Assembly: GCF_026571515.1 (NCBI RefSeq)
Contig: NW_026861872.1
Location: forward strand, 248,001-312,000
Reading direction: 5' to 3'
DNA length: 64,000 nucleotides
DNA from: Ruditapes philippinarum
Lineage: Eukaryota
Shown: positions 14,201 through 29,200 of the stretch, piece by piece
Layout of the letters: each line of letters starts with the position of its first letter
Position numbering within the stretch: the first letter of the stretch is position 1
Notes under the pieces: model-generated
Database searches by the model: none
What the model saw: only the letters and a program-made list of their open reading frames with translations
Told to the model about the DNA's origin: nothing
Made by a program: the position numbers and the translations under genes

Positions 14201-17200
14201 ATCAGTCCCATCTATCTCTTCAAATACAAACATTGACTTTGCTTTGTATTGAAATTGTTCAGGGAAAGCTCCATTGTCAACAAATCTGTAATTCAGAAGA
14301 AAATGTTTAGTTTTATCTAAGGGGATTAGGGGCTGCAAAAGTACAAAATTTGGATCCAGGGGTTTTATTTTACCCCTGATGGAGGACCCTTGAAGCAAAT
14401 GGATTCAAGAATTTTCAAAACATTACAACAGCATCTCCTAACATTCACATTAAGAAAGCATCTAACATACACAAGTCTGATTATAAAACCTAACAAAACT
14501 GCTTGAAAACCAGAAACTTTGTGAGAAAAAAAATGTTTACAACTGTTTCTACTTTTGGTCAATTCATACCCAATTAAACATGTTTTTTTTTTTATTATTG
14601 TCCACTGTTACACAACTCATCACTTTTCATCAATATTTTGTTGATCATCATAGTACTATTATATAATAATCAGATTATTTAAAATTCTATGCAGATGTTA
14701 TTAGTTTTTTAATTTTTTTTTACTTCTTTTATTCTGCAACACTTTTTAAATATTTTCAGATGAAATCTAGCAAAAACAGAACAAGATCCTGCACAAAAGG
14801 AAATAACTTTTTACAATCACCCTGAATTTATCCTTTATTCAGAAATGACTCTTGGCCGGAATGAAATGTGAACATGCAGACTTAACATGTTATGATAACT
14901 TGTACATGCAAGTAAAAAAATAATATGAAAATATTTTGGTAACTTACTTAGTTTTCATGCCAGGTCTGACTTCAACTAATTTGTCTGAACTAGATAGCAC
15001 TTTTATAGACACCTCACCAGCACCTGCATCCTTCATTCTTAAGAATGTGTTGATGCGATTCTCTAAATAATTGCCTAACTTTGAACCGGGTAATCCTGGA
15101 ATAATCAATATACCAACTTTACTAACAAATTTCAGTTCTCATGTTTGTAAGAATATTTACTTTTCCCTATTCTTTCATATTCAAAAACTTCATTTTCAAG
15201 AAAAGGCACATTAGTAAGCATAAACAAGTATATGAACAATCGATAGCAGATATATTTATACATAATGCTGTGAAAACTAACAGTGAAGGTTTTGAGGAAT
15301 ACAGAATAAATCTGCAAACACTGGGTGAAAAAACCTTCCATTTAAGATATTAATGCTTTAATCATGAAAAAAAGTGTAATTACATTACATGTAAGCAGTA
15401 ACTCCTTTACATGATGTATCAGTTTATTTAAAGGATACTTCAAATACAAAATTTGAAGACTTATAAATACAACTGAAAATATAGCTACATTAAAATCCTT
15501 TTACAGCTTATCAGTCAAATCATTTACTCAAATTGAAAGCAAAACTTTCAAGAAACTAAAATATTCAATTTTCAAAGTAAAATATGTTTTACTTACTTTT
15601 TGCACAATACTTATTGTTCTCTTTTCTTTTCATTCCTTTAGATTTTAAACAATTCTCACATGTAAACCTAGAAAAATACAATAAAGTATTAATTACTGCA
15701 CAATACAATATCTCTTATAAGATACAAAAACAATGAAATCAAATTTGCTATAACATTTATACAAGTTCAATCATATAGTAACAGTCCAAGGCATTGGGTT
15801 TAAATTCTTAGGCGATATCTAATTCATTTATTTAGATGTACAAACAGAAGCAAATTTACCATTACATATAAACTTATAGATGACTGACAATTATTTCAAA
15901 TTCAATTATGCTTCTTTTCACTTACCCATTATTACAGATAGGTTCAAAATGTAGCACACAAATTTTATGAAGTTTTCTTCCACAATCATCACAATCAACA
16001 AACCTACAAAATATAATACATATACACTGTGAACAACATTTGTTAGTTGTTTTTTTTTTTGTTTTTTTCATTTACAAAATTAAATTATTGGAATACAGTA
16101 TTACAAGCAACCTAAGTTTGTATTTTCTGTATCTCTTTTTTTATACCACTAAGAGACAGGACAGTAAATTTAGTTACTTGTTCAAATACCAAAAATTAGA
16201 CAGGGTAATAGGTCATGAATGCCGGCCCTCCATTTTCCAATGCTTTATCAGTGATCAGACAGAAAGCAGACAGCAAAACATAGGCAAATCTATTTGACCC
16301 TTCAGCATGTGGGGGGCATCAATCTCATATGCTGAACAATACAGTGCAAGTTTTGTTAAGATAAATACATGTACAGACAAAAGACTGACAAATCAAGAGC
16401 TCTCATCCAAATGTATCAATAAATTACCCTCGAGTACCATGTAACTTAATATAAATAGTATTTTATCTATTCTATCTATTCCTGACTTCTAAATAATTGA
16501 AACAAAACAACATCCAAAACAAGAGCTGTCCGTAAGACAGCGCGCTCGACTTTTTTATTGCTTGCCAATAAAAAAAGTTTTTGCAGTAAAAGGCAATACA
16601 AGAATCTCTGTATTTTTAAAGTGAACAATGGCCATGAGCATTAAGATATTTAGTAAAGAATTATTTTACTGAATTGTGTGATACCCTTGAACACTGCAGC
16701 AAAGTTTGAAATGTTTAAGTCAAAAGAGGGCTGGTAAGAAAGAAAAAAAAACTGAGTTGAGCCTTAAATAAATTTAATAGTATTAATAGTGGACTGGTAC
16801 TAAAAACTTAACCAAGATTCTAAGTCGATAAAAGGCCTTAATTTTTAAAACAAATCCTTGACAGAGTTACCTTCTCTTGCGTACAGATGGGGGTAATGAT
16901 GTGAAATAGCATTAAAAGTTTCAAAGCAATATCTCAAAGGGTTAAGGCAATAAGTGGATTTTACCCATATTCAATGTATTTTCTAAGTCAAAAAGGGCAT
17001 TATTCTGTCAAAAACCTGAACAGAGTTATGTCCTCTTGTCTGTTGATGAAGGTCGTGATGGTAAACAAGTATGGTCCAGTTTCAAAGCAATACCTCCAAT
17101 GGTTTTGAAATAAAGTGAGGTGGTACAAAAAACTTAACCAAGCTCAATACACTTTCTAAGTCAAAAAGGGCCATAATTCTGTCAAAAACCTTGACAGAGT

Positions 17201-20200
17201 TATGTACTCTTGTCTGTAGATGGAGGTTATGATGGTGAACAAGTATGGTAAGTTTCAAAGCCATACTTGTAATACTTCTGAAATAAAGTGGGGTGGTACG
17301 AAAAACTTAACCAAGGTGTGACGCCAACGCCGACGCCGGGGCGAGTAGGATAGCTCCCCTTTTCATAGAAAAGTCGAGCTAAAAATCTACTTACGGTTCC
17401 ATTTCTAGCACATCATTTTTAAGTTTTGTGAACTGATCTTTTGGTACTTTCCTAAAAACATGAATACATTTCTGTTACATATATATCATCTGTTAATTAC
17501 AGGCATAACAAAATATTTAACTTCTTTCCTCTATACTCAACAAAATTCTTTCATATCTTATATAATCTATGTAAAGTTACAGGAGTATAAAATGTTTTAT
17601 TAAATATTACTGAAATAAGGTAGCTAATGCTTATGAATAAAATTACAACAAAACATGTAATTTATGTACTTGTATTTAATTTTTTTCAAAACAATTTACA
17701 AGATAAATCAATAATGTTCAATACTTGGATTTTTTTATTAACTTTCCATACTGACTGAAATTAGATTTTCTTCACTAAATGCCAGCTAGTGGATGCTGTT
17801 TATCACTACATTCAAAACATCATCACACACACTCATGTTTTGCCGCACTCAAATGTGCGTGCACACAAGCATGTTTACCCTTCTAATGGTAATATCCATA
17901 TTTTTTAAATTATGCTTAGTATCTGCAATGTGTACCCTTCTTGTAATTAACAGAGTCTGCTTTACAGAAAATATTCTGTACAATTTACCTGTACCTATCC
18001 CAATGTTTCCCCAAATGATACATTTTTATAGAAGGATAAAAACTACACTTACACAGTAGGCTGAGTTGGGTCATCAACAAGTTCAACTTGATCACCCTGT
18101 ATCTCTAGAAAGCACTTCTCGCAGTACGTGTATTTATCAGACAAAAGTTCCTTTTTCCTGTAAAGTCATGAGATAATGTGAACATAGCTTTCAATCTCTG
18201 AACAGTAACTTTTCTAATAATACTGACAAACCAGTTAAAATAATAGTTTGACATACAAATGCTTATGGTTAAATTTTTAAAGTATGGTTTTCATTCATAT
18301 GCTAATTTAAACAAGTTAAATTAAGATTTGTTCAGAAAAATAATATAACACATACCTCTAAAAAAAGAACCATTTGAAAGTTAACATATTTCAAACAATT
18401 TTAAGATAATATAGTTGTCACAGCATTTCTGCCAATACTACATAATCATGTGAGAAAAAAATAAACATGTCATAATTCTGTTAAGAACAATCAAATCACA
18501 AAATCCAGACAATGGCTGAATGCATGTGCCTCGGCGCTGTTACAATTAGCTGTGAAATTTGCTTGAAAGGGAAAAGAAACTCATGGAAGAAATTGTTTAT
18601 TCCCATCCTTGGTTTACAAAAGCTTAAAATATAAAGTTACTCACTCTAAAACGATCAAATATCATCTAAAATTAGTGACAAATACACAATACTAAATTTG
18701 ATGAAATCTTACTTGTTTTGATAACTGTAATATACTGCTTCTCTTGCAATAGTGCACAGTTGTTTACCATAGCAACAGAGCACCTGCGGACTAAATGACA
18801 GCTTAATACCACAACAGTAGCCCAGTGACACCATTACACTGTTGATCTCCTGCTCAAATACTTCTGATAACTGTCAAATCAAATGTTATAACTATTGATA
18901 TACTTTGCTCTTTTATCTTATGTATAACATGAAAATAAGAAACAAAGGGGGCTTACAAATTGTGACAAATATTAATTGGATAAACATTGGTATGTTTTCA
19001 GCTATAAATTCATTTAAAGCATCAATAATAAGATGACCACAACAGTAAATCATTGATTATATCTAGGAACATGAAACATTTGAAGGTCAATTAACAATAC
19101 ATGCAAACTTAATTGTTTCTTGCATTTGCCTTTGTTTAAAAATATCCTGGTTTATCCAAGGAGTTAGATTGATTTTTTCCCCCGAGTTATATGTTACAAC
19201 AACACAGTAGAGGTCATATGGGGACTTTCAAGTAAAGAGTAAAGAGGTGGAGGAAGTACTCAGGTGCCTTTCTGTGCCTTTTTTCAGGCACAAAAGTAGA
19301 ACCACCAACATTCTGCAAGCTTGCAGGATAGTTTGCTTAAATGTAAAAATCAAAAGTCCCTGACAGGATTCAAACCCACAGCTGTTTAGGGCAACTGGCT
19401 TCAAGGTCAACAACCTTATTCATGTGACCATCATCTACCATATTTTGTACATGTGATTATGATGTCAATGATGTAATCTTATATTTTCAATTATATTGAA
19501 GGTCTTTGTTAGACAGTAATCAGTAGAGCAAAATAAAAATTAAAATACTACTCTGGTATGGGCCATTTATTTTTAGGTTTTTTTTATTATTTAATTAGAT
19601 TAATTTAGAACTTGTCACAAAAGGAAAGTTTTTTCCAATAAGAAAAATGTTACAAACCTTAGTGCAATATTTATAAACTCGTGATGACTTTTTGTTGTAT
19701 ACCCATGCATTGTCAAACATTAGCCAGACATCATCTACGTACTCCCATGGATCCTTGTACTGTCCCGTATCCAGCTTACGTTTAATTGTAGATAGATCCA
19801 TTGGCTTTCTAACTATTTCATAGTAATCCTGAAATACACAACAATTTGGAATGCCATAAAATCTTGTGATCATAAGGTATTATGACCAATTAATTTCAAA
19901 TAAGGTCATACTTTATACTAGATATTTGAAGGTATAAATTCTCAAATTCTTAATATGCATTTCAATTGATAAAATGTAGAACTGTACAAACACCAAATGT
20001 TATCATTATCCGGAAAAAAAAACCTTCCTAAATAGGAAAGCAAAGAGAAATCAGAAAATATTTCAGATTATAACGAAAAATACAAGAAATCTGACAGAAG
20101 ACTACAACTACATGTATGTTCAAATTTGGAAATAATTAGATTGCTGATAAAAAAAATGTTTAAATATGTATGGCATATGTTGCTGCAGTAACTACATATT

Positions 20201-23200
20201 ATTTAAAGATAAACAATTATACATGAGGAGAGTGAAATACATAACTAGCTTGAAACTTTTACTGGAAACAAACATGCATTGTACTATAATAATGACACTA
20301 GCATTTTCCCTTAACTCTTATCTTTTAACATATACTCTCCATTATTAAAAACAATTTCAGCACCCATCATTTCTTTTGAAAAATACACTTTGACAGATCA
20401 TATATGGTGAGGAAAGACCATACATAACTTATTTTCAAAGGCAAAGGGCAATATTTAGAAATGGAAAAGGTATGTTAGTTAAACAGATGAAAGTGCAAGA
20501 GGAAATAGTCTGTATTGGTGCATGGCATGTTAGGATTTTATGGATAGGTACTACTTTCAAAACAAGATATGTTTGTAAAACATGTATGCCCCCTATCAGC
20601 AGCCAATAAGTCATGTTATAAGGTTATTATGCATGACTTCTGACCCAGTGATCAAACAATTAATAAGGGTTATCAAGTATCTACTGGTCATGACCTTAAC
20701 CTTTGACCCTTGACCCAAAACTCAATAGGGGTCATCTGCTGGTCACGACCAATCATCATACAAAGTTTGAAGTTCCTAGGCCTAAGCGTTTTTAGTTAAT
20801 TGATCAGAAACCGTTTTTACCTACAAGGTCAATGTGACCTTGACCTTTGACCACTTGACCCCCAAAATCAATAGGTCATCTGCTGGTCATGAACCAATCA
20901 CCATACCAAGTTTTGAAGTTCCTAGGCCTAAGGGTTCTTTAGTTATTGATTGGAAACCGTTTTTAACATACATCGTCAATGTGACCTTGAGGACCTTTGA
21001 CCCTAAAATCAATAGGGGTCATCTGCTGCTCATGACCAATCACCATACCAAGTTTGAAGTTCCTAGGCCGAAGCGTTCTTTAATTATTGATCAGAAATAG
21101 TTTTTACTTACAATGTCAATGTGACCTTGACCTTTGACCCCTTGATCTCAAAAATCCAATAGGGGTAATCTGCTGGTCATGACAAATCACCATGCCAAGT
21201 TTGAAGTTCTAGGCCCTAAGCGTTCTTAAGTTATTGATCAGAAACCGTTTTTACTTACAAGGTCAATGTGACCTTGATCTTTGACCCTTGACCCAAAACT
21301 CAATAGGGGTCATCTGCTGGTCACGAACAATCATTATACTAAAGTTGAAGTTCCTAGGCCTAAGCGTTTTTAGTTAATTGATCGGAAACCGTTTTTACCT
21401 ACAAGGTCAATGTGACCTTGACCTTTGACCCCTTGACCCCAAAATCAAAAGGTCATCTGCAGGTCATGACCAATCACCATACCAACTTTGAAGTTACTAG
21501 GCCTAAAAGTTCTTTAGTTATTGATCGGAAACCGTTTTCGCTTACAAGGTCAATGTGACCTTGACCTTTGACCCCTTAACCCCAATATCAATAGGGGTCA
21601 TCTGCTGGTCATGACCAATCACCATACCAAGTTTGAAGTTCCTAGGCCTTAGGGTTCTTTAGTTATTGATAGGAAACCGTTTTTACCTAAGAGGTCAATG
21701 TGACCTTGACCTTTGACCCCAAAATCAATAGGGGTCATCTACTGATCATGACCTATCACCATATCAAGTTTGAAGTCCCTAGGCCTAAGGGTTCTTTTGT
21801 TATTGATCGGAAACCGTTTTTACCCAAGAGGTCAATGTGACCTTGACCTTTGACCCCTTAACCCCAAAATCAATAGGGGTCATCTGCTGGTCATAACCAA
21901 TCTCCATACCAACTTTGAAGTTCCTAGGCCTAAAAGTTCTTTAGTTATTGATCGGAAACCGTTTTTCGCTTACAAGGTCAATGTGACCTTGACCTTCGAC
22001 CCCCTTGACCCCAAAATCAATAGGGGTCATCTACTGATCATGACCAATCACCATACCAAGTTTGAAGTTCCTAGGCCTTTAAAGTTCTTTAGTTATTGAT
22101 CGGAAACCGTTTTTTCCTTACAAGGTCAATGTGACCTTGACCTTTGACCCCTTGACCCCAAAATCAATAGGGGTCATCTACTGATCATGACCAATCACCA
22201 TACCAAGTTGAAGCTCCTAGGCCTAAAGGTTCTTTAGTTATTGATCGGAAACCGTTTTTCCTTACAAGGTCAATGTGACATTGACCTTTGACCCCTTGAC
22301 CCCAAAATCAATAGGGGTCATCTACTAATCATGACCAATCACCATACCAAGTTTGAAGTTCCTAGGCCTTCAGGTTCTTTAGTTATTGATCGGAAACCGT
22401 TTTACCTTACAAGGTCAATGTTGACCTTGACCTTTGACCCCTTGACCCCAAAATCAATAGGGGTCATCTACTGATCCATGACCAATCACCATACCAAGTT
22501 TGAAGTCCTCAGGCCTTAAGGTTCTTTAGTTATTGATCGGAAACCGTTTTTCCTTACAAGGTCAATGTGACCTTGACCTTTGACCCCTTGACCCCAAAAT
22601 CAATAGGGGTCATCTACTTGTCATGACCAATCACCATACCAAGTTTGAAGTTCCTAGGCCTAAGGGTTCTTTAGTTATCACTCGGAAACCATTTGGTCTA
22701 CGGACCGACGGACCGACAAGTGCAAAGCAATATACCCCCTTTTCTTCGAAATGGGGGCATAATAATAACAACAAAACATCAACATTAGAAACATCCCCAT
22801 CTCTTCAAAATATTTTGTACCCCGAGTCCTTAAACTCCGTTACGAAGGTGCTTATATATGACATATAGGACACCTTGAAAGTTATGACAATACATTCATG
22901 ACATATAAAAAAAAGGTCCGTGGACGCTCACCTGAATGACACTCGAAATCAATTTTCCCTTCTTCTGTAATCAATAAGACATTATAAAACTTATTTTTAT
23001 TGAGTACATAGGATTAGCCACCACAGACTTGTTAAATGGACAGTGGAGACCTTACATTCAAATTTATATTTACATCAATAATAACAAATAAATGCCAAAA
23101 AAATAAATCTGTTTTTTTCGCAAATGGACATAATCATGGTAACAATAGGTGAATAATGGAACTTGGCTACCAGCAAAATAACCAAAGCAACTGTTTGATG

Positions 23201-26200
23201 AACCTTATTTGGTCTTCTTTTTTTATCCCCACTGATGTTAATTTGTATTAAGAGAATACAACACTAAGGTAAAGAAAGGACTTTTAAACAACAGGCTCAA
23301 TATTACTATCTCTGAGAAAAAATGAAAGGAGATAAATGTTACAGCAGTCTGAACAATTTCTGACCCATTATTATACAATTTTAGAAACTCAGTCGATAAT
23401 GACATGTTAATACATATTTAGCTCTTGATCTAGAACCTGCAGAGAAAATTGGTTAAAAGTAATTCTAAGCCTAAGCAAAAGTGACCCTGAGGTAGGCCAT
23501 TTTACACAAGGAACTACATGTATATACTTTAGCAGTGACCTTTATGCTATTTCATGCTAAATATTTCAGGTCTTTAAGGGTATAACTGATAAGTTTTGTA
23601 AAGACCCAATGAACAAATCAACATACCAAATACTTATAGTCTTATACTTGAAATAAGATTTTTTGCCTAGTTTTTGCACCTATTCATGCATCAGACTTAC
23701 TATTTATCAAATTCTAAGGAGACCACCTACAGATCATGCCAGTGAAGTTTATTCAAAATCTCATGATTTGGGAGTAAATGTTGTTTAAAGAGATTGTAAA
23801 CAACAACAAACGACAGACATTTCACAATCACAATGCTAAGGTGAGTGAAAACTAAGAAATTAAAACTAGAACAACTATAAGCTGTGGCAAAATTGTTAAA
23901 GCCTGGTTAATCTCTACATGATATACAAGCAACAAAATATAAAACTATGTACTTATGTACGTGACTTACAGGTATATGTAAGGCAACAGGATCTACTGGT
24001 TGACGGAATGGCAATGACTCTGGATCTTGTTTGTATAACTTCTCTAATGTTGGCATCAAAGCCTGCCTCAACTCATCAGGTTTAAATACTGTAGAAATAA
24101 AACAATTTATAAAACATCTTATCACATAAATCGCGGCGAAGGAGTATAATAAAGCCATTTAATAAAAACAATATAACACTAGTGTAATAACACTTTGATG
24201 AGATGTCATTTGCACTATATATAAACATAGCCTTAAAGCGCGCTAATGTTAGCGTTACACTATAGGCCCATCAGTTAAAATGGCTATTTTTAACAGTTTA
24301 CTGTTCTTTTTTTTATATATCTGATAAATAGAATATTATATTCGTGTAGATTCAATACTAAATTTATTGAACTTTTGAATAAAACTATTATGCTCGCATA
24401 ATATGATTTTATTCAACTCGTTCAATAAATAAAGTATTAAACATACACTCATTCAATATCCTCTATTTATTATATCATAGTTGAATGAAGTTAAATGAGT
24501 TAGTTCAGTCAAAAACAGGACACTTAACTTTATAAAGATTAAATTCATTATAAAATATGCTTAGATATACTATAGTTCTTTAAACTAAGCATATTTAATT
24601 TTCAATTCAATGAAGAATGATATGCTCGTCTGGAAAGAATCAAACTGACATAAAACTATCATACTTTTTCTTGCTCTAGGTTTTTGAGGCGCAGGAGACT
24701 GGACTGGTGTTGTGCTAGTCTGACTTGTGTCCATCGGACTTGGTTTGACATCATCGTTCCCATCTGTTGGCTCTGCTTTAGGCGTTGTGACAGCTCCTGA
24801 ATCAACACTGGGAATCTCTTGTTTGATATCCATCATTCCAGGCTCCTGTTTTACCTACAACACACCAGACAATATAATAACACTTTGTTTAAAATGTTCA
24901 AAATATAGCAAGAAACCAATGGATTCCATATTTGTTCACCATCTAAAAAAATAGAAATTTTACAGAGGAAATAATAGCCTCTAATATCTCTTTCACACAC
25001 AATATACAGGTCCATTAAAAAATATTTGTGATATTACTCAAGATGAACATCTGACCAACTGTGACACTGACCTTGTGACAGCACAGCTTTGGCATAGGTT
25101 CTACATGTCGCCTCACTAATGTGAACATTTGAGCCAAGATTTAAGTGTTATAGAGAGGATATGGTAGAAACAGGCTGACTGACTTACGTCATAGCTATTG
25201 CTATTTGTGTCCACTTCTCTTGCCTTAAAATTGCTAATGCTACTTGAACTTAGATTTTTTTTCCCCGGAGAATTGTGACAACATACTGTTTTTCCAGAAC
25301 AGCAAAAACAACGACTGAATCTGTTTGCAGGTCATCCTGTGAAATCTTTTAACATTAAAGGTAAAACTTCCTTCATATTGTAACAAACAAAATATGGAAG
25401 TCTAAATAAATCAAAGCTTAAGGATATGGAGTCAATATCTCTAGAGATACTTTTGGACATTATTAAAAGCATTTTTCAACAAAGACAAAAAATCCCCAAG
25501 TCAAGCTTTTTTGTTTATAATCTTCCAAAAAGAGGCAAAGCCCTTACCTCTGTTTTTATTTCAGATTTTATTTCCGTTTTGATGTCCATGGCATTTGATG
25601 CTGTGCTTGTAATGGCACCAGAAGATGATAATGAAGTGACTACAGATGTTGTTGACATGGTAGGTCCCTGTTCCGAAGAAACTGGGTTAGGCGATGATAA
25701 CACCTCAGATAAGGTGTTTGGCTGGGTGGTTACATCCATTGTGCCTTCTAACTTGATCTTCTTATCCTGACCACTTAATGATGCCAATGGATCCTAATAA
25801 AACAAAACATTACTTTTCTGAATCAATAAAATTCATTACATACGAATTTGTAGAATCATTAAAGTTTTCCAATGAAAATTCAGTCACTATACTAATGAAA
25901 ATATGGTTATTTTCAACAATATTCCATATTAATATATATACATACATGATTTCCCAAAACAGCACACTTGTGTAATATTTCCTATTTATTCTAAAACATA
26001 CTTGCTTTATTCACATAAATCACACATCTTTGTTCAACTACATCAATTTTAACATTTGTACAGCATATCAATCATACTGAAGAGAGAAAACTCACCATGC
26101 CAATACTGGTTTGTATAGATGAAGATGTTGCCATTGATGACTGAACTGATGAGACAAGAGTGTCCGTAGATGAACGATTAGCCATTGATGCCAGGTTACT

Positions 26201-29200
26201 GCTGGCTGGAAGGGACTGCTGAATCTGGGACTGACTAGATCCCAACACCCCTTGTTGATGAACCTGAGGCGATGACATACCACGTGGTCCTTTGTTGGCC
26301 ATAAGGTTTGGGTTAGTGGCCTGATGTTGCTGCTGAAGATGAGGCTGTAACTGTTGTTGTGACTGTTGCTGGTTCATTACATGACCAGGCATACGTGTAT
26401 TAAGCTGGTCAAACTGATTAGTGTTCAAACCCATATTCATTTGGTTTGGATTTCCAGGCATATTCATCTATGAAAAACAAGAAATTGTTGCAGGACATGT
26501 CTTATAAAATTATACACATCATCATATACAATCAACACTGTATTGTTACTTGTCTGCTTAATACTTAGATAATTTCTAATTGTTATTAAATCAGTGGTTA
26601 ATTTCAAATTAGAATCAATATATCAAATATGACAAAACAGACGTGATATAATAAAGCACAAGCGTCCTCAAAGATGTGACAACATTTTTTATTGTTTTCT
26701 TTTTCAAGATTTATTTCGAGTTAAAAAGTCTGTTAAATTACTACATTTGATCTACACCATACATGAAGCATTCATCATTTAAATAGTAATGCCTTAGCAT
26801 GATTGTTTTAGTCATATGTCAATTAATAGTAATATTATAGAAGAATTACACATACCAAAGGAGGTGTGGACCTTGGATGTGGTGCAGCCATCCCTGGCAG
26901 TCTTGGGCCTACATTCGGAGTCACCAAATTTGGCTGATTTCCAAATGGGTCATTGCCAGACCCTTGTACACCAATAGTAGATAGAATATTTGACATAGGA
27001 CCATCTGTAAAATACAACAATTAAGAGTAAGTAATACTTATTACAAATGCATGTTAACCACAAAGTTAGACAAAGTATTTTTTAATGATTTAATAATAAA
27101 ACTGTTTATGTGTGTTTTAACAGTGCTAGGCAAGAGAAAATAAAAGGCACATATCAACAGTACATATGCCTTTCCTTAAAATTCATAGAGCTATGAAAGA
27201 TCAGAGTTAATCAGTAAAACTCTACATAATTCATATTTGAAAATACTGTTAATCCACAGCGAACAACTATATATAATTAACTGTCAAACTGTTCTGTAGT
27301 CAAACAAATCAGTAACAGATGCGTTATGAAAGATGAACAATATAGGACAGCATCAAAGTATTACACTTACTGGTTTGTGGTCTGATGCCAGCACCAGTTG
27401 CGTCGCCAGGTAACTGTTGTTTCTGTTGTTCTCGACGTTGAATTCTTTTTTCTTCAAGCTCTTTTTGGATTTTGTAAATTTTTTCTGCTAAAAAGTGGTA
27501 GTATTCCTCCTGCAAAAAAGATATTTAAAATGTATAATGAGAACTGATATGCTTAAGTTAGTAGGAATATTATTTGAGATGTAAGGTTGCATATAATTAA
27601 GAGACTGTTTTTCTTTTAATGCACTTGAAAACTACAACCTTTTACAAACTGTATGTACAACATTAACTAGATTAAATACATATTTAAGTCTTCCTTTATC
27701 TGTATTGCTATTGTTTATAAAATTATTTCTGTATTGAATACGATGTAAGAAATATTGGATTTGAATTAAAACACCCATCTCTTTAAGATTAATGTTAATA
27801 ACTTACCCTGCTATTAGCTGTTTCATACATATCCCCTTCTACTTTTCTTGCATATGCTACTAGATTATTCATCCTTCTATCTTTTAGAGCAGCTGGATCA
27901 GGAGTAGGAAAAATGGCTTGAACTCTACAAGTACAATAAACAATTTCATCAGATATGCAATTACATGTATGAAGGTATGTTAATTACATGTCTTATTTTT
28001 CACGTAACATTTCACACCAATGTGATACTGTAGTTATTTATTCTAATTTCACTTTACAAGCAACAGGACACTTGTGTAGGCCAAAGATGGCAATAACTGG
28101 TTAAACAAAACTTCCTTAAAACCAGCAAGTCTAAAAAAATGAGCTTTCTTAAGTTGTTTTTTATTTATTTTCTTTACATTTTGTAACTATATTTATTGAA
28201 AATCAATATATTCAATACATAAAAATAAATTCTATTTTTGTGAGAACATTTTTATACACATTTAAAGCAGAATATATTCTAAAATCAGCACCAATTCAAT
28301 GTCCTGTTAATACAAGAAGAAACCCTCGTAACTGACAATCAACTTTAATCAATATGACTGTCTTTTATTATCTATTAAATACTGTTGGTTAAAACTCCAC
28401 TTAGGTTTTTTGACATGAGCGGACTGAATTTTTTTTTTCAAAGTTGAATGTTTTCAAAGTTGAATGTTTCATTTAATGCAACTAAGACTTTTGTGCAAAA
28501 ATTCAGGTCATTCACTCACTCTGTTTTTCCAGAATAACTATTTTTAATGTGAAAATTGACCCAAAATTGAAAAGTGTTGCAAAGCTTTTCACTCAAATTG
28601 GGCTATCAATAGTATAAAAATCGATTTCCAATTTATTTCTGAGTAGATGTCTTAATTATCTTTTGCATATTTTTCTGCGTTATGTTGCCAAGTTGTTCTT
28701 CGCAAGAAATTTACATTTTAAATTTTTAGGCTGTTGGGACCTCAGTGGAGTATGCTTTATATGTACAAAATTTCAAAAGGATTATGTAAATTCCTAACTA
28801 AGATTATTTCTTTTTTTGATTGTTTACTTAAGTCTGCAATATTTTCTTTTGAAGTGTCATAATATTGTCAATTTTCATGCATGTTAATAAAACATCAAGG
28901 GAGGTAACAAAAGATACTTAGTCTATACATAACTTAAAATATCAGTATAGAAATCTTTCAGTTATTTATTATACTTACAGTTTATAAACAAGATGGTTTC
29001 TCAAATCTTGTGTTACACTCTGGTGCCATTCTTTAGTTCCTCTATTGGTCTGTGCTATTATTTGTAAGCCATCATTACCAGACAGAGCACTGCTTGTGTT
29101 TAATATAGAATTCATGGGGTTGTTCTGATTGCCCAGTAACTGACTTGCTGGGCTTTGGCCAGTAGTGTTAAGTCCTAAACTCACTATAAGTATATACATG

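Noticed and set aside
20834-22868. ORFs [14 protein letters not shown] / [14 protein letters not shown]
   Set aside because: Translations of satellite monomers inside a non-autonomous element.
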